Below, piece after piece: positions 20,728 to 29,892 of a stretch of 64,000 bases of DNA (the first letter of the stretch is position 1; the number at the start of each line of letters is the position of its first letter). Position numbers and translations under genes: made by a program. Source of the DNA: Planctomycetota bacterium (GTDB lineage: Bacteria > Planctomycetota > UBA1135 > UBA2386). The stretch covers positions 1 to 64,000 of the forward strand of contig CANMWZ010000022.1 of assembly GCA_947501605.1 (NCBI GenBank), written 5' to 3'. Below the pieces are notes generated by a model. The model saw only the letters and a program-made list of their open reading frames with translations. It made no database searches and was not told the origin of the DNA.

Positions 20728-22253
20728 CAGCGCCACCTCACGACGGTCGCGTCATGCCCGCCGCTGACCACCAGTTCCGGCGCCTGCCCGGTGGGCATGA
20801 CCGGCGACTCCTCGTCGCCGACCGGCACGCGCCACTCAGGGTCGCCGAGCTCGAGCCGCTTGCCATCGCGGACCAGCGGTCGCAACTGCAATGACGCGCC
20901 ATCGTGCACCAGCAACGACCCCGGCTTGCCGCTTCCGCCGGCGAGCGCGCGCACAAACGTACCGCCGCCGCGACGGCGCTCGCGCGGCTGCATCGACAGC
21001 TTCTGGGTCAACAGCGCCGGCACGACAAAGCGCCCGCTGTCGCCGCGGAAGACATTGCTCTGGACGTCGAACTCGGCAGCACCGCCTTGCAAGGCGCCGA
21101 GCAGATCGGTTCGCAAGGTGATGGCGACCAAGTCCAAGACGCCATCGCCATCGACATCGGCAAGCTGCGGTGGCGCTGCCAGTGTTTGCAGCCGCAGTCT
21201 GCTGTCGGCTCCGGCCCGCCAGGGGTTGCCTTCGGCCTGCTGGCGATACAAGTCGATGCGCACCTCGATTTCGCCGTCGCGTTGGGACGAGGTCGTGAGC
21301 ACGAGGTCGGCGCGCCCGTCGCGATCGGTGTCGTGCAACTGCACGTCAAAGGCAGGATCGAACACCGGCAAGCGATCCTCGGGCAGCGGCAACGGCCACC
21401 GCACAGCGGTCGCCGCGAAGTGGCCGGGGGACGTCTGGGGCCACCACCAGATCGCCTCGTTGCGCACGCACCAGCCATCCAGGCGGCGGTCACCATCGAG
21501 GTCGAGAAACTGAATCGTCGGCGTCCGCGCGCGCACCTCGACCAACGGGCCGCGGTCGCGCGAGTCCTCCTCGCCAACTTGGTCATCGCTGCGCAATCGC
21601 AGATTGATCGTTCCGGACGAACGCCCTGACCCGCCAGAGCGCCCAGCCAGCCGGTCGATCCTCGGCGGCAGTTGCCACTGCGCGGCCACCGCAAAGGCGC
21701 ACCCTCCCGTCGAGGCTTGCTGCAAGACCACCCGAGCACCGTCGGGCTCCGGCACGACGACATCCTCACGCCCATCGCCATCGAGGTCCGTGACCCACGA
21801 CTGCAGCGGCACACAGTCGGTCGGATCGGCAGCTGGCCACACGAGCTGATGCGCGAACAGTGCCGCGTAGGACGGCGCCCCGTCGCTGGTGGCTTGCACG
21901 GCGATCGCGCGCTCGGGCGTGAACAGCACGAGAGTTCGAGGCGCGAGCGCCGCCGATTGCACGAACGCAAAGGCGACCACGTCCTTGTCGAGAATCATGA
22001 TCGACGGTGCGCCGCCAAACTGTGGCTCGGTTGCTCGCCGCAAAAAGGTGCGCAACTCGCGCCGGTTCTGCCCGGCACAGACCGCGGTGAGGTCCGTACG
22101 GCCGTCACCGTCAACATCACAGAACAGGTAGCGGACGAACTCCATCGGCTTGTCGATCTGGAGCGGTTCGCGCGACGGCGCGGTCTGCGCGGCCATTCCA
22201 GCACAAGGCACGGAGCCGAGAGCGAGCGCCGCCAGCCAATGCGGGACGTTCAC
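20727..22253 (-). CDS. Secreted FG-GAP/VCBS-repeat protein
   Basis: DVDGDGRTDL, DLDGDGRED, DTDRDGRADL, DVDGDGVLDL; GTG overlaps the upstream TGA. Confidence 0.8.
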   Translation of the reverse strand: MNVPHWLAALALGSVPCAGMAAQTAPSREPLQIDKPMEFVRYLFCDVDGDGRTDLTAVCAGQNRRELRTFLRRATEPQFGGAPSIMILDKDVVAFAFVQSAALAPRTLVLFTPERAIAVQATSDGAPSYAALFAHQLVWPAADPTDCVPLQSWVTDLDGDGREDVVVPEPDGARVVLQQASTGGCAFAVAAQWQLPPRIDRLAGRSGGSGRSSGTINLRLRSDDQVGEEDSRDRGPLVEVRARTPTIQFLDLDGDRRLDGWCVRNEAIWWWPQTSPGHFAATAVRWPLPLPEDRLPVFDPAFDVQLHDTDRDGRADLVLTTSSQRDGEIEVRIDLYRQQAEGNPWRAGADSRLRLQTLAAPPQLADVDGDGVLDLVAITLRTDLLGALQGGAAEFDVQSNVFRGDSGRFVVPALLTQKLSMQPRERRRGGGTFVRALAGGSGKPGSLLVHDGASLQLRPLVRDGKRLELGDPEWRVPVGDEESPVMPTGQAPELVVSGGHDATVVRWR

Positions 22254-23224
22254 GAGCCGCTCTCCAGCAATCGGTCTTCGTCGCCTCTGCCAAAGCGGAT
22301 CAGCCACAACAGTCGAAAGCGCCACGCCGCGTTCGTACCGCGATAGTGGAACAGGCCGAGAACCGCCGACCACTCACTGGCGCCGCGGTCATTCTCGTAG
22401 CTGAACACCAACGGTACGGAGAACTCGCGTGTCGCGCGTGCACGCTGCGACAACGGCGCCTCGACCGTCGAGGTCACAGCGTCCCGAACCACCGACAACT
22501 GCACCGACTCGCGAAGTGGCTCGCGCAGCGCGTTCAGCAGGTCCTGCGGATGCAAAAGAGGTCGGCCGTCGATCGCCACGAGGACGTCGAGGAAGCGAAT
22601 GCCGCAGCCGCGCCAGGGGCTCGATCGCGACAACCCGATGACTACCGCACCACCTCCGGGTGCCAGTCCAGCGGCACGCGCCTCGACCTCGGTGGCGGTG
22701 CGAAACACCACGCCAACGCGATCCTCTTCGCGAAACGTCTCGGTCGCGATCCGCTGCGGCGCGCGCACCCGCGTAGCCAACACCATCGTGCCCTTGGCGT
22801 CGCGCCCAGCGCGATCGACGAGCAAGGTCACTTCCGTACCCGGTGCCGTCGTGAGTTCGAGCTGCCGCCACTCGCTGGTCCGCAGCAACGACTGTGGCGC
22901 GGCGTTGCCGATGGTCGCCTCGACGAGCACGTCGTCGACCTGGAACCCAGCCGCCATCGCCGGCGAGTTCTCGACCACCGCCGCCACTCGCAGCTGGCTT
23001 GGTTCGTCGAGCTTTGCCGCCAGCGTGTCGCGCGCGTCCTCGACCACGAGTCCCGAGAACGCTCCGGTTGGCAAGGTCGTGCGCTGCGCCTCGTCGTCAG
23101 GTTCGCGCCGCAATTCGAGCGGCTCCTCCATGTCCGCAAGCGGCGGTGGCGCGACTGGCAGTTCGCGGCTCCAACTGCACGCGCATAGCGGCACGACCAA
23201 CAGAAGAGCAAGAGCTTGGCGCAT
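22250..23224 (-). CDS. Tandem-PDZ lipoprotein
   Basis: Lipobox LCAC; two PDZ-like units (ENSPAMAAGFQVDDVL; RSSPWRGCGIRFLDVLVAIDG). Confidence 0.72.
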   Translation of the reverse strand: MRQALALLLVVPLCACSWSRELPVAPPPLADMEEPLELRREPDDEAQRTTLPTGAFSGLVVEDARDTLAAKLDEPSQLRVAAVVENSPAMAAGFQVDDVLVEATIGNAAPQSLLRTSEWRQLELTTAPGTEVTLLVDRAGRDAKGTMVLATRVRAPQRIATETFREEDRVGVVFRTATEVEARAAGLAPGGGAVVIGLSRSSPWRGCGIRFLDVLVAIDGRPLLHPQDLLNALREPLRESVQLSVVRDAVTSTVEAPLSQRARATREFSVPLVFSYENDRGASEWSAVLGLFHYRGTNAAWRFRLLWLIRFGRGDEDRLLESGS

Positions 23225-23232
23225 GGGACGAC

Positions 23233-25095
23233 TCACGGGACACGGAGGCGGTGGAACAAGAGCGCAGCGGCCGCCACGGCCAGGGCGGTCAACGACACGG
23301 GGGCCCACACGGACAACGACTCATAGGCCCAATCGGCATCCGCGGCCCCGCGAGCGATGGCGGCGGCGTAGCGCAGGGACGAATCGTCGCGCAGCGGCGT
23401 CGGCAAGTGGCTCGTCAGCAGCCAGCCCTCGTGCCCCTTCACGAACGGCTGCACGAACTCCGGCCCGAGAACGCAGACCAACGCCAGCAGCAGCGCTCGC
23501 GCCGAGCGCTTGGCGACGGCCGAAGCGAGCAGCGCCAATGCGGCCGCAGCAAGCAGCGGCAGCATCGAGTTCACGACCGCCGCCCAGAAGACCGGAGCCA
23601 CATCGTCGACGCGCGCCAGCACTTGCCGGTCGCCGTTGCGCGTCACTTCTTCCAAGTCAGCAAGCCCGAACAGGCTGTGGCCGAGCGCGATCGCCGTGGT
23701 CGCCAATGCGACCCAACCAACCGCCGCGAACACCGACACCGCCAGCAGCTTGCCGAGCAAGATGTCGAGGCGCGTGACCGAGCGCACCAGCGAGTTGCGC
23801 AGCGTGTCACGTTGCAAGTCCGCGGCGATCGTCTGGCTGCCAAGCCAAACCACGACCAGCAACAACACCGGTATCGCTGTCTGCAGCGCGTGCACGGCGA
23901 GCAGGTGCCCGCTGCCCGAATCCGCACTGAACCGCTCCTTGTTGGCGACCAGTGCCAGCGCCGCTTGCACCCGGCCCTGATAGGCAAAGGCACTGACGGT
24001 GGCGACCACCAGGGGAGCTACGACCAGCCACTTGGTCGACTTGCGCAGGCACAGAGCTCGCAGTTCGTGCGCGAGTGCGCGGCAGCGAGGTCGACCAGAG
24101 CTTAGAGGCGCCGCCGATGGCGAACGGCTCGCCGGGGCCGCCGCCACGGTTGTCGCAACCGCGGTCGCCGACACGGGAGCACCTCGCGTCGCGCGCAGAT
24201 AGATGGACTCCAAGGTCACGATCTCCGGCGCAAAGCTCGAGATCTCACCGACCGCGGCCAGCTCCCGTGCCACCTGACCAGCGCGCATCGTCCCGAGATC
24301 GAACAGCAGACGATCGCCGTCGCGTTCGGAGGGGAGCGAGAGCTGCGCCAGCCGTCCTGCGAAGAGACTCAGATCCGGTCCCTGCACCACCATCCGCCGC
24401 GGCACGCCCTGCTGCAGCTCTTCGAGGCTGCCCTCGAGCACGATCGCCCCTTCGCGCAACACGCCGATTCGTGTGCACAGGCCTTCGAGCTCCTGCAATT
24501 GGTGGCTCGACAACAGCACGCCGATGTGGTCCTCGCGTGCAAGCCGGCGCAACAACCCGCGCACGGCGGCGATGCCTTCGGGATCGAGCCCATTGATCGG
24601 TTCGTCGAGCAACAACAGGCGCGGCGCCCCGAGCAACGCCTGCGCGATGCCAAGACGCTGCCGCATTCCGAGCGAGAACGAAGCCACCGGCCGCAGCGCG
24701 TCATCGTGCAGCGACAACAGGTCGAGCACCCGCCAGGCGTCGACCCGGGCCCGCGCACGGTCCATTCCTTGGAGACGAGCGAGCAAGGCGAGGTTCTGCA
24801 GTGCCGTTGCGTGCGGATGGAACCCGGGTCGCTCGATCAGGGCACCCACCATCGACCGCGCGCCGCGCGGGTCCCGTTGCACATCGAAGCCGTGGATCGA
24901 GATCGTGCCACTCGACGGTTGCAGCAGCGACAGACACAGGCGCAGCACGGTGGTCTTGCCAGCGCCGTTGTGACCAAGGAACCCGTAGCAGTCACCCGCC
25001 TGCAAGGACATCGACACCGAACGCACCACCGCGCGCGGTCCATAGCCAAACGCAAGGTCGCGGACTTCGAGCGCTGCCGGCGGGTTGGTCATCAA
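23233..25095 (-). CDS. ABC-2-type exporter with ATPase and permease fused
   Basis: Walker A GHNGAGKTT, FSLGMRQR, LLLLDEP, SSH; followed by about six TM helices. Confidence 0.88.
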   Translation of the reverse strand: MMTNPPAALEVRDLAFGYGPRAVVRSVSMSLQAGDCYGFLGHNGAGKTTVLRLCLSLLQPSSGTISIHGFDVQRDPRGARSMVGALIERPGFHPHATALQNLALLARLQGMDRARARVDAWRVLDLLSLHDDALRPVASFSLGMRQRLGIAQALLGAPRLLLLDEPINGLDPEGIAAVRGLLRRLAREDHIGVLLSSHQLQELEGLCTRIGVLREGAIVLEGSLEELQQGVPRRMVVQGPDLSLFAGRLAQLSLPSERDGDRLLFDLGTMRAGQVARELAAVGEISSFAPEIVTLESIYLRATRGAPVSATAVATTVAAAPASRSPSAAPLSSGRPRCRALAHELRALCLRKSTKWLVVAPLVVATVSAFAYQGRVQAALALVANKERFSADSGSGHLLAVHALQTAIPVLLLVVVWLGSQTIAADLQRDTLRNSLVRSVTRLDILLGKLLAVSVFAAVGWVALATTAIALGHSLFGLADLEEVTRNGDRQVLARVDDVAPVFWAAVVNSMLPLLAAAALALLASAVAKRSARALLLALVCVLGPEFVQPFVKGHEGWLLTSHLPTPLRDDSSLRYAAAIARGAADADWAYESLSVWAPVSLTALAVAAAALLFHRLRVP

Positions 25096-25098
25096 CGA

Positions 25099-26397
25099 TC
25101 AGTGCTTGATCGAGTTCTGCACCGGCTCCCAGGCACGACCCGTGATCAACCGCGCACCGCGGGCGAAGGCGAAGTATTGCCACGCCCAACCCATCATGCA
25201 GACGAGGCGGTTGCGGAAGCCGATCAGGTAGGCGATGTGAACAAACCACCACATCCACCACGCCAAGAAGCCAGAGGCCTCCATTTGCCCGATGCGTCCG
25301 ACCGCGGCGGCGCGGCCGATCGTCGCCAGCGAACCCTTGTCGCGGTAGCGGAATGGCTTCGTGGCCTGACCAAGAACGAGGCGCTCGACGTTCTTGCCGG
25401 CCGCGCGCCCGGCTTGGATCGCCGCCGGCGCCACACCAGGAACCGGCTTGCCGTCCTGCTGCAAGCTCATCAAGTCGCCGGTCACGAACACGCGCGCATT
25501 GCCCTCGATGCTCAGATCCGGTTGCACCACGACACGACCTGCACGGTCCGTTGCCGAGCCAAGCGTCTTGCCGAGCGGCGACGCCGCCACACCAGCCGCC
25601 CACAGCACCACCCGCGCCGCGATGCGCTCGCTGCCGACGAGCACGCCGTCCTTGTCGATGCCTGTGACCTGCGCTCCCGTGCGCACCTCGACCCCCATCT
25701 TCTCGAGCGCGGCGTGCGCGATCTTCGACATGCGCGGCGAGAACGGTGGCAGCACGCGCTCGTTGCCCTCGATCAACACCACCCGCAGGCTGCGGGGATC
25801 GAACGAGCGGTAGTCCTTGGCCACCGTCTCGCGACCGATCTCCATCAGTGCGCCGGCAAGCTCGACGCCCGTTGGCCCAGCGCCCACCACGACGAAGGTA
25901 AGGAGGGTGCGCACGCGCTCGGGATCTGGCTCGCGCTCTGCGGCCTCGTAGGCCGACAGGACGCGGCGGCGGATCTCGAGAGCGTCCTCGATGGTCTTGA
26001 GTCCCGGAGCCCAGGGCTCCCAGTCATCGTGACCAAAGTAGCTGTGCGTCGCGCCCGTCGCGACGATCAGGTAGTCGAACGGGATCTCGTCGCCGTCCTT
26101 GAGGATGACGAGGCGGTCCTGCAAATCGATGCGATCGGCGCGGGCCAGAATCGTGCGCGCGTTGGCCTGATTGCGCAGGACGGAGCGAATCGGGTAGGCG
26201 ATGTCGCCTGGATTGAGCGCGGCCGTCGCGACCTGGTACAGCAGCGGCTGGAACAGGTGGTGATTGCGCCGATCGATCAGCGTCAGGTCGACCGGCGCCG
26301 ACCGCAGCGCGCGCGCGGCGGAGAGGCCCGCGAAGCCGCCGCCGAGGATCACGACCTTGGGCCGAGCAGGAGTCATGGAAGCGGAAGGTGCGTTCAT
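25099..26397 (-). CDS. ndh: Type II NADH:quinone oxidoreductase
   Basis: ILGGGFAGL, HLFQPLLYQVAT, VVGAGPTGVELAG, GD, DKGSLATIG. Confidence 0.92.
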   Translation of the reverse strand: MNAPSASMTPARPKVVILGGGFAGLSAARALRSAPVDLTLIDRRNHHLFQPLLYQVATAALNPGDIAYPIRSVLRNQANARTILARADRIDLQDRLVILKDGDEIPFDYLIVATGATHSYFGHDDWEPWAPGLKTIEDALEIRRRVLSAYEAAEREPDPERVRTLLTFVVVGAGPTGVELAGALMEIGRETVAKDYRSFDPRSLRVVLIEGNERVLPPFSPRMSKIAHAALEKMGVEVRTGAQVTGIDKDGVLVGSERIAARVVLWAAGVAASPLGKTLGSATDRAGRVVVQPDLSIEGNARVFVTGDLMSLQQDGKPVPGVAPAAIQAGRAAGKNVERLVLGQATKPFRYRDKGSLATIGRAAAVGRIGQMEASGFLAWWMWWFVHIAYLIGFRNRLVCMMGWAWQYFAFARGARLITGRAWEPVQNSIKH

Positions 26398-26404
26398 CGC
26401 AATC

Positions 26405-27469
26405 TCACGGTAGTAGCGCCTGCAGCGAGCGCAGACGTGGCGACGGTTGTTCGCTCCGGGCCAACGCGATGGCGCACCACACCCGCGCGGCGAGCTGGCC
26501 ACCGTCGGCGTAGGCGGCCAGACCGAGCTCGGTCGCGTCCAGAGCGGTGGGCGCTTCGGGTTCGAGCTGCCATGCCGGCAACGACGGAAAGGTGACCCCC
26601 TGCGGCGAGACCACGCGCAACGTGGCTCGTTGGCCGTTTTGAGCGAGCACTCGCACACGTGCCAGAGGCGCGGCGTCGCGCGACGGGCACCGCACGAGCC
26701 GCCCCTGCAGTTGCGGCGCTGGTGGCGGCTCGATGCTGGTCACGGGAGGAGGCACCGTGTCGCTGCTGACGTCGTGTAGCGACGGCCAGCCGCGGGCCTT
26801 TGTGCACTGCAACAGTGCGGCGGCGACGCAGGTCTCGTGGCGCGGCGCCCAGTGTTCGAGCAGGGCAACGGCGGCGTGAAAGGCACCGCTGCGCACGTGC
26901 CGGTCGAACTCGGTGAGGCCGCGTTCGAGTTGCTTTGAGAGGCTCCCTCGCAGTTCTTCGGCAACTGCCAGTTCGACGCCGTCGAGCAACTCCATCGCGG
27001 CACCAAGACGCCCGTCGACGGCGGCAGCGCGCGCCAGTGCGAGGCGCGCCCCCAAGCGGTCGCTCTCGACTCCAGCGGCGGCGGCGGTCTCGATCGCGGA
27101 CTCGGCAGCAGGCGCGGGCGCAACCGCCAGCACCGTCACCTCGGGGGCCGGCACGACCGCCGCAGCACTGGTTGGCGGCGGCTCGTCGGGGGTCCTTGGC
27201 GTCGGCGTCGGGATCGGCGCGAGTTGGGCTCCGGGGCTCGCCGCGAGCTCGCGGTCCGCGGGCACTGGGCTGTCGGGCACTGGGCTGTCGGGCGGCGTCG
27301 CTGCCCCCGAAGACCACAGTCCGAGACCACGGCCGCAGAGTGCCAGCAGGATGGCGACGAGCGCAACCAGCAGCACGCGCACCCGCAACAACCGGAACAA
27401 CACCATCGCGAGGATTGTGGCAAGAAGTGCGCGCAGGCGCGACGGTGCAACGATGAACCCTCGCGTCAT
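26405..27469 (-). CDS. Hypothetical membrane-anchored protein
   Basis: N-terminal hydrophobic segment and Pro/Ala-rich linker; ATG overlaps the NUDIX stop. Confidence 0.55.
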   Translation of the reverse strand: MTRGFIVAPSRLRALLATILAMVLFRLLRVRVLLVALVAILLALCGRGLGLWSSGAATPPDSPVPDSPVPADRELAASPGAQLAPIPTPTPRTPDEPPPTSAAAVVPAPEVTVLAVAPAPAAESAIETAAAAGVESDRLGARLALARAAAVDGRLGAAMELLDGVELAVAEELRGSLSKQLERGLTEFDRHVRSGAFHAAVALLEHWAPRHETCVAAALLQCTKARGWPSLHDVSSDTVPPPVTSIEPPPAPQLQGRLVRCPSRDAAPLARVRVLAQNGQRATLRVVSPQGVTFPSLPAWQLEPEAPTALDATELGLAAYADGGQLAARVWCAIALARSEQPSPRLRSLQALLP

Positions 27470-28065
27470 TGCGGCAGCGGACAGGCGGCGAGCGCGTCGG
27501 CACCGCGGCGTTGCTCCCACTCGGCGGCGTGACGTTCGAGCCGCACCACGCTCTCTTCGCTGACGCAGGTCAAGAGCTCTTGGCGCGGCAACCAACGCAG
27601 CGCCTTCGATTCCGCCGACAGCACCAGTTCTTGCAACGGTTCGGCGCGCAGCAGAAAGCGAACATCCCAGTGCAGATGCTCTGGCTCATCCTTGTGCGCG
27701 GGAATGGTGTGCACGTCGAGGTCGAGCGCTGCGAGGCGGCCGCCGGGCGAGAGCAACTGGAAGCGCTCCATTCCCGACTCCTCCTGCGCCTCACGCAGCG
27801 CGGCCAACTGCACCGACCCCTCGCCATCGACGTGACCACCAAGCTGCAGCCAGCGATCGAGCTTGCGATGGTGGGTCAGCAGACAGGTGCGATGATCCGG
27901 CGACCAGATCCACGCCGACGCCGTGATGTGACCCGGCACGCACTGGCGCAGCAGGCAGTCGTCGTGCGCACCGACGAAGTCGAGAAAGCGCGCCGCCACC
28001 GCCGCGTTTTGTTGCGGGCCGTGCGCGTAGCGTTCGAGCAGAGCGATCAGGCGGTGTCGGTGCAT
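27466..28065 (-). CDS. NUDIX hydrolase
   Basis: GHITASA, HRKL, GGHVDGEGSVQLAALREAQEESG Nudix box, H.D.RF. Confidence 0.9.
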   Translation of the reverse strand: MHRHRLIALLERYAHGPQQNAAVAARFLDFVGAHDDCLLRQCVPGHITASAWIWSPDHRTCLLTHHRKLDRWLQLGGHVDGEGSVQLAALREAQEESGMERFQLLSPGGRLAALDLDVHTIPAHKDEPEHLHWDVRFLLRAEPLQELVLSAESKALRWLPRQELLTCVSEESVVRLERHAAEWEQRRGADALAACPLPQ

Positions 28066-29636
28066 GGATCCTCGCGTTCCAGTTTCTTGACGTCGATCTT
28101 GCCATTCTGCGTATGCGGCAGTGCGTCGAGAACGCGCACGACGGCGGGCACCATGTAGGTCGGCAGCCGCGAACGACACTGGCGCAGGATCCGTTGCTTC
28201 AGCTCCGGATCGCGCGGATCCCCGGCGACAGCAACGACGATGCGATGGCCCTGTGCGCCCCCATCGCGACCCCACACCGCGACCTCGCCGACGCCAGCCC
28301 AGCCCTGCAGCGCCTGCGCAACTTCGTCGGGGGAGATGCGATGCCCTTGGACCTTCAACATGCGGTCGCGCCGAGCCACGAAGTACAACCTTCCGGCCTC
28401 GTCGCGACGCACCAGGTCGCCGCTGTAGACCACGGTCTCGCCGGTGCCGCGCGGGTCGGGCCGGAAGCGCTCCTTGGTCGCTTCCGGTCGATTCCAGTAG
28501 CCGCGCGCGACGAGGGCGCCGGCGTGCACCAACTCGCCGGTTGCGGGGCCTTGCAGCACGACGCCGGTGTCGGGATCGACGAGCAGGAGTTCGACGCTCG
28601 GCAGCGCCCGGCCAAAGCTCGTCGGATGCGCATCGATTTCCGCGGGGTCCAGGAAGGCGCTGCGAAAGGCCTCGGTGAGCCCGTACATCGCGAAAATGGC
28701 CAGCTGCGGCCAGGTCGCGCGGATCGTGCGCAGATCGTCGATCGCGAGATGGCCGCCGCTGTTGGTGATGTAGCGCAGACTCTGGCCGCCTCGGTCCAGC
28801 AGCGCACCGGACTGCAACCCACGCGCGACCTCGTGCCACAGCGACGGCACGCCGGCGAGTCCGGTCGGACGCACCGTCTGCAGCAACGCCGCGAGTTCGC
28901 CGAGCCCGAGAAAGTCCGCGGCGGTGACCCGGCAACCGGCGTGCAACGCCGACAGCAGTTGGTTGAGCCCGTAGTCAAAGCTGAACGGCAACACGGCGAG
29001 GATGTGATCGACCGAAGACAGCTGCAGGTAGTTGGCGACGATTGCCGCGCCACGCCGCAGATTCTGGTGGTCCTGGATCACGCCTTTGCTGAGACCTGTG
29101 CTGCCACTGGTGTAAAGCAGGATCGCTGGCTCAGTCGGGGCCAGCGGCGGCAAGTCCCCGGAGGATTGCTGCAAGTCCGCGAACCGCTCGCCCGGCGCCG
29201 CGGCGGCGTCGAGCGGCCCGCTGTCGGCAACGAACACCCGCCGCCCCGCCAGCACGCGCGTTCGATCGAGCAACAACGCACCCCGCGTCGCACTGGCAAC
29301 CACCGCCCACGGGGTGCAGTCGTCGAGTACGTGCAGGACCTGATCGTCCTTCAGCTTGCTGTGGATTGGGACCGCGATGCCGCCAGCCACCGCCGCCGCC
29401 AGCAGCGCCACGGTTTCGTCGCCACAGCGGTGGACGTGGATGGCGAGGCGGTCGCCGCGGCCAAAGCCGCGCGCTACGAGCCCGCGCGCCGTGGCGATCA
29501 CACGTCGGTTCAGCTCGGCGAACGTGAGAGTCTGCCCGCCGACCGCGAGGAACGGCGCCTCGCCACCCAGTGTCGCCGCGCGCGAAAGGAGTTCGCGCAG
29601 GTCCTCGCCGCCGTCCATCACCGCTGCTGCCTCCAC
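28047..29636 (-). CDS. AMP-forming acyl-CoA ligase (resembles the exosortase-A-associated type)
   Basis: LYTSGSTGLSKG, LPFSFDYGLNQ, MYGLTEAFRS, SGDLV, NGKID. Confidence 0.85.
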   Translation of the reverse strand: MEAAAVMDGGEDLRELLSRAATLGGEAPFLAVGGQTLTFAELNRRVIATARGLVARGFGRGDRLAIHVHRCGDETVALLAAAVAGGIAVPIHSKLKDDQVLHVLDDCTPWAVVASATRGALLLDRTRVLAGRRVFVADSGPLDAAAAPGERFADLQQSSGDLPPLAPTEPAILLYTSGSTGLSKGVIQDHQNLRRGAAIVANYLQLSSVDHILAVLPFSFDYGLNQLLSALHAGCRVTAADFLGLGELAALLQTVRPTGLAGVPSLWHEVARGLQSGALLDRGGQSLRYITNSGGHLAIDDLRTIRATWPQLAIFAMYGLTEAFRSAFLDPAEIDAHPTSFGRALPSVELLLVDPDTGVVLQGPATGELVHAGALVARGYWNRPEATKERFRPDPRGTGETVVYSGDLVRRDEAGRLYFVARRDRMLKVQGHRISPDEVAQALQGWAGVGEVAVWGRDGGAQGHRIVVAVAGDPRDPELKQRILRQCRSRLPTYMVPAVVRVLDALPHTQNGKIDVKKLEREDPCTDTA

Positions 29637-29706
29637 TACGGCTCGCTACGAAGCCCACGGCGCAGAAGGGGAATCCAGCTCGCCAAGAGGCCCCACTGCT
29701 CGCGCG

Positions 29707-29744
29707 AAAAAACTCGGGCCCGCCGGTTGTGCCGACGGGCCCGA
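29707..29744 (-). terminator. Intrinsic terminator after tRNA-Glu
   Basis: TCGGGCCCG / CGGGCCCGA stem followed on the minus strand by a T6 tract. Confidence 0.8.
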
Positions 29745-29745
29745 T

Positions 29746-29823
29746 TGGTATCCCGGACGGGATTTGAACCCGTGTTGCTGGAATGAAAATCCAGTGTCCT
29801 AGGCCGGACTAGACGACCGGGAC
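29746..29823 (-). tRNA. tRNA-Glu(TTC)
   Basis: Minus strand GTCCCGGTCGTCTAG...CTGGA-TTTTCAT-TCCAG...GGTTCAAATCC...ACCA. Confidence 0.97.
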
Positions 29824-29839
29824 GAGCATTGGGGTGCGG

Positions 29840-29867
29840 ATGATAGAGACGAGTTCGGCGCAGGCAA
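29840..29867 (-). promoter_or_regulatory. Putative sigma70-type promoter of tRNA-Glu
   Basis: TTGCCT-N16-TATCAT on the minus strand. Confidence 0.5.
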
Positions 29868-29892
29868 GAGTCCGCTGTGCTCGGGTGGCGGA

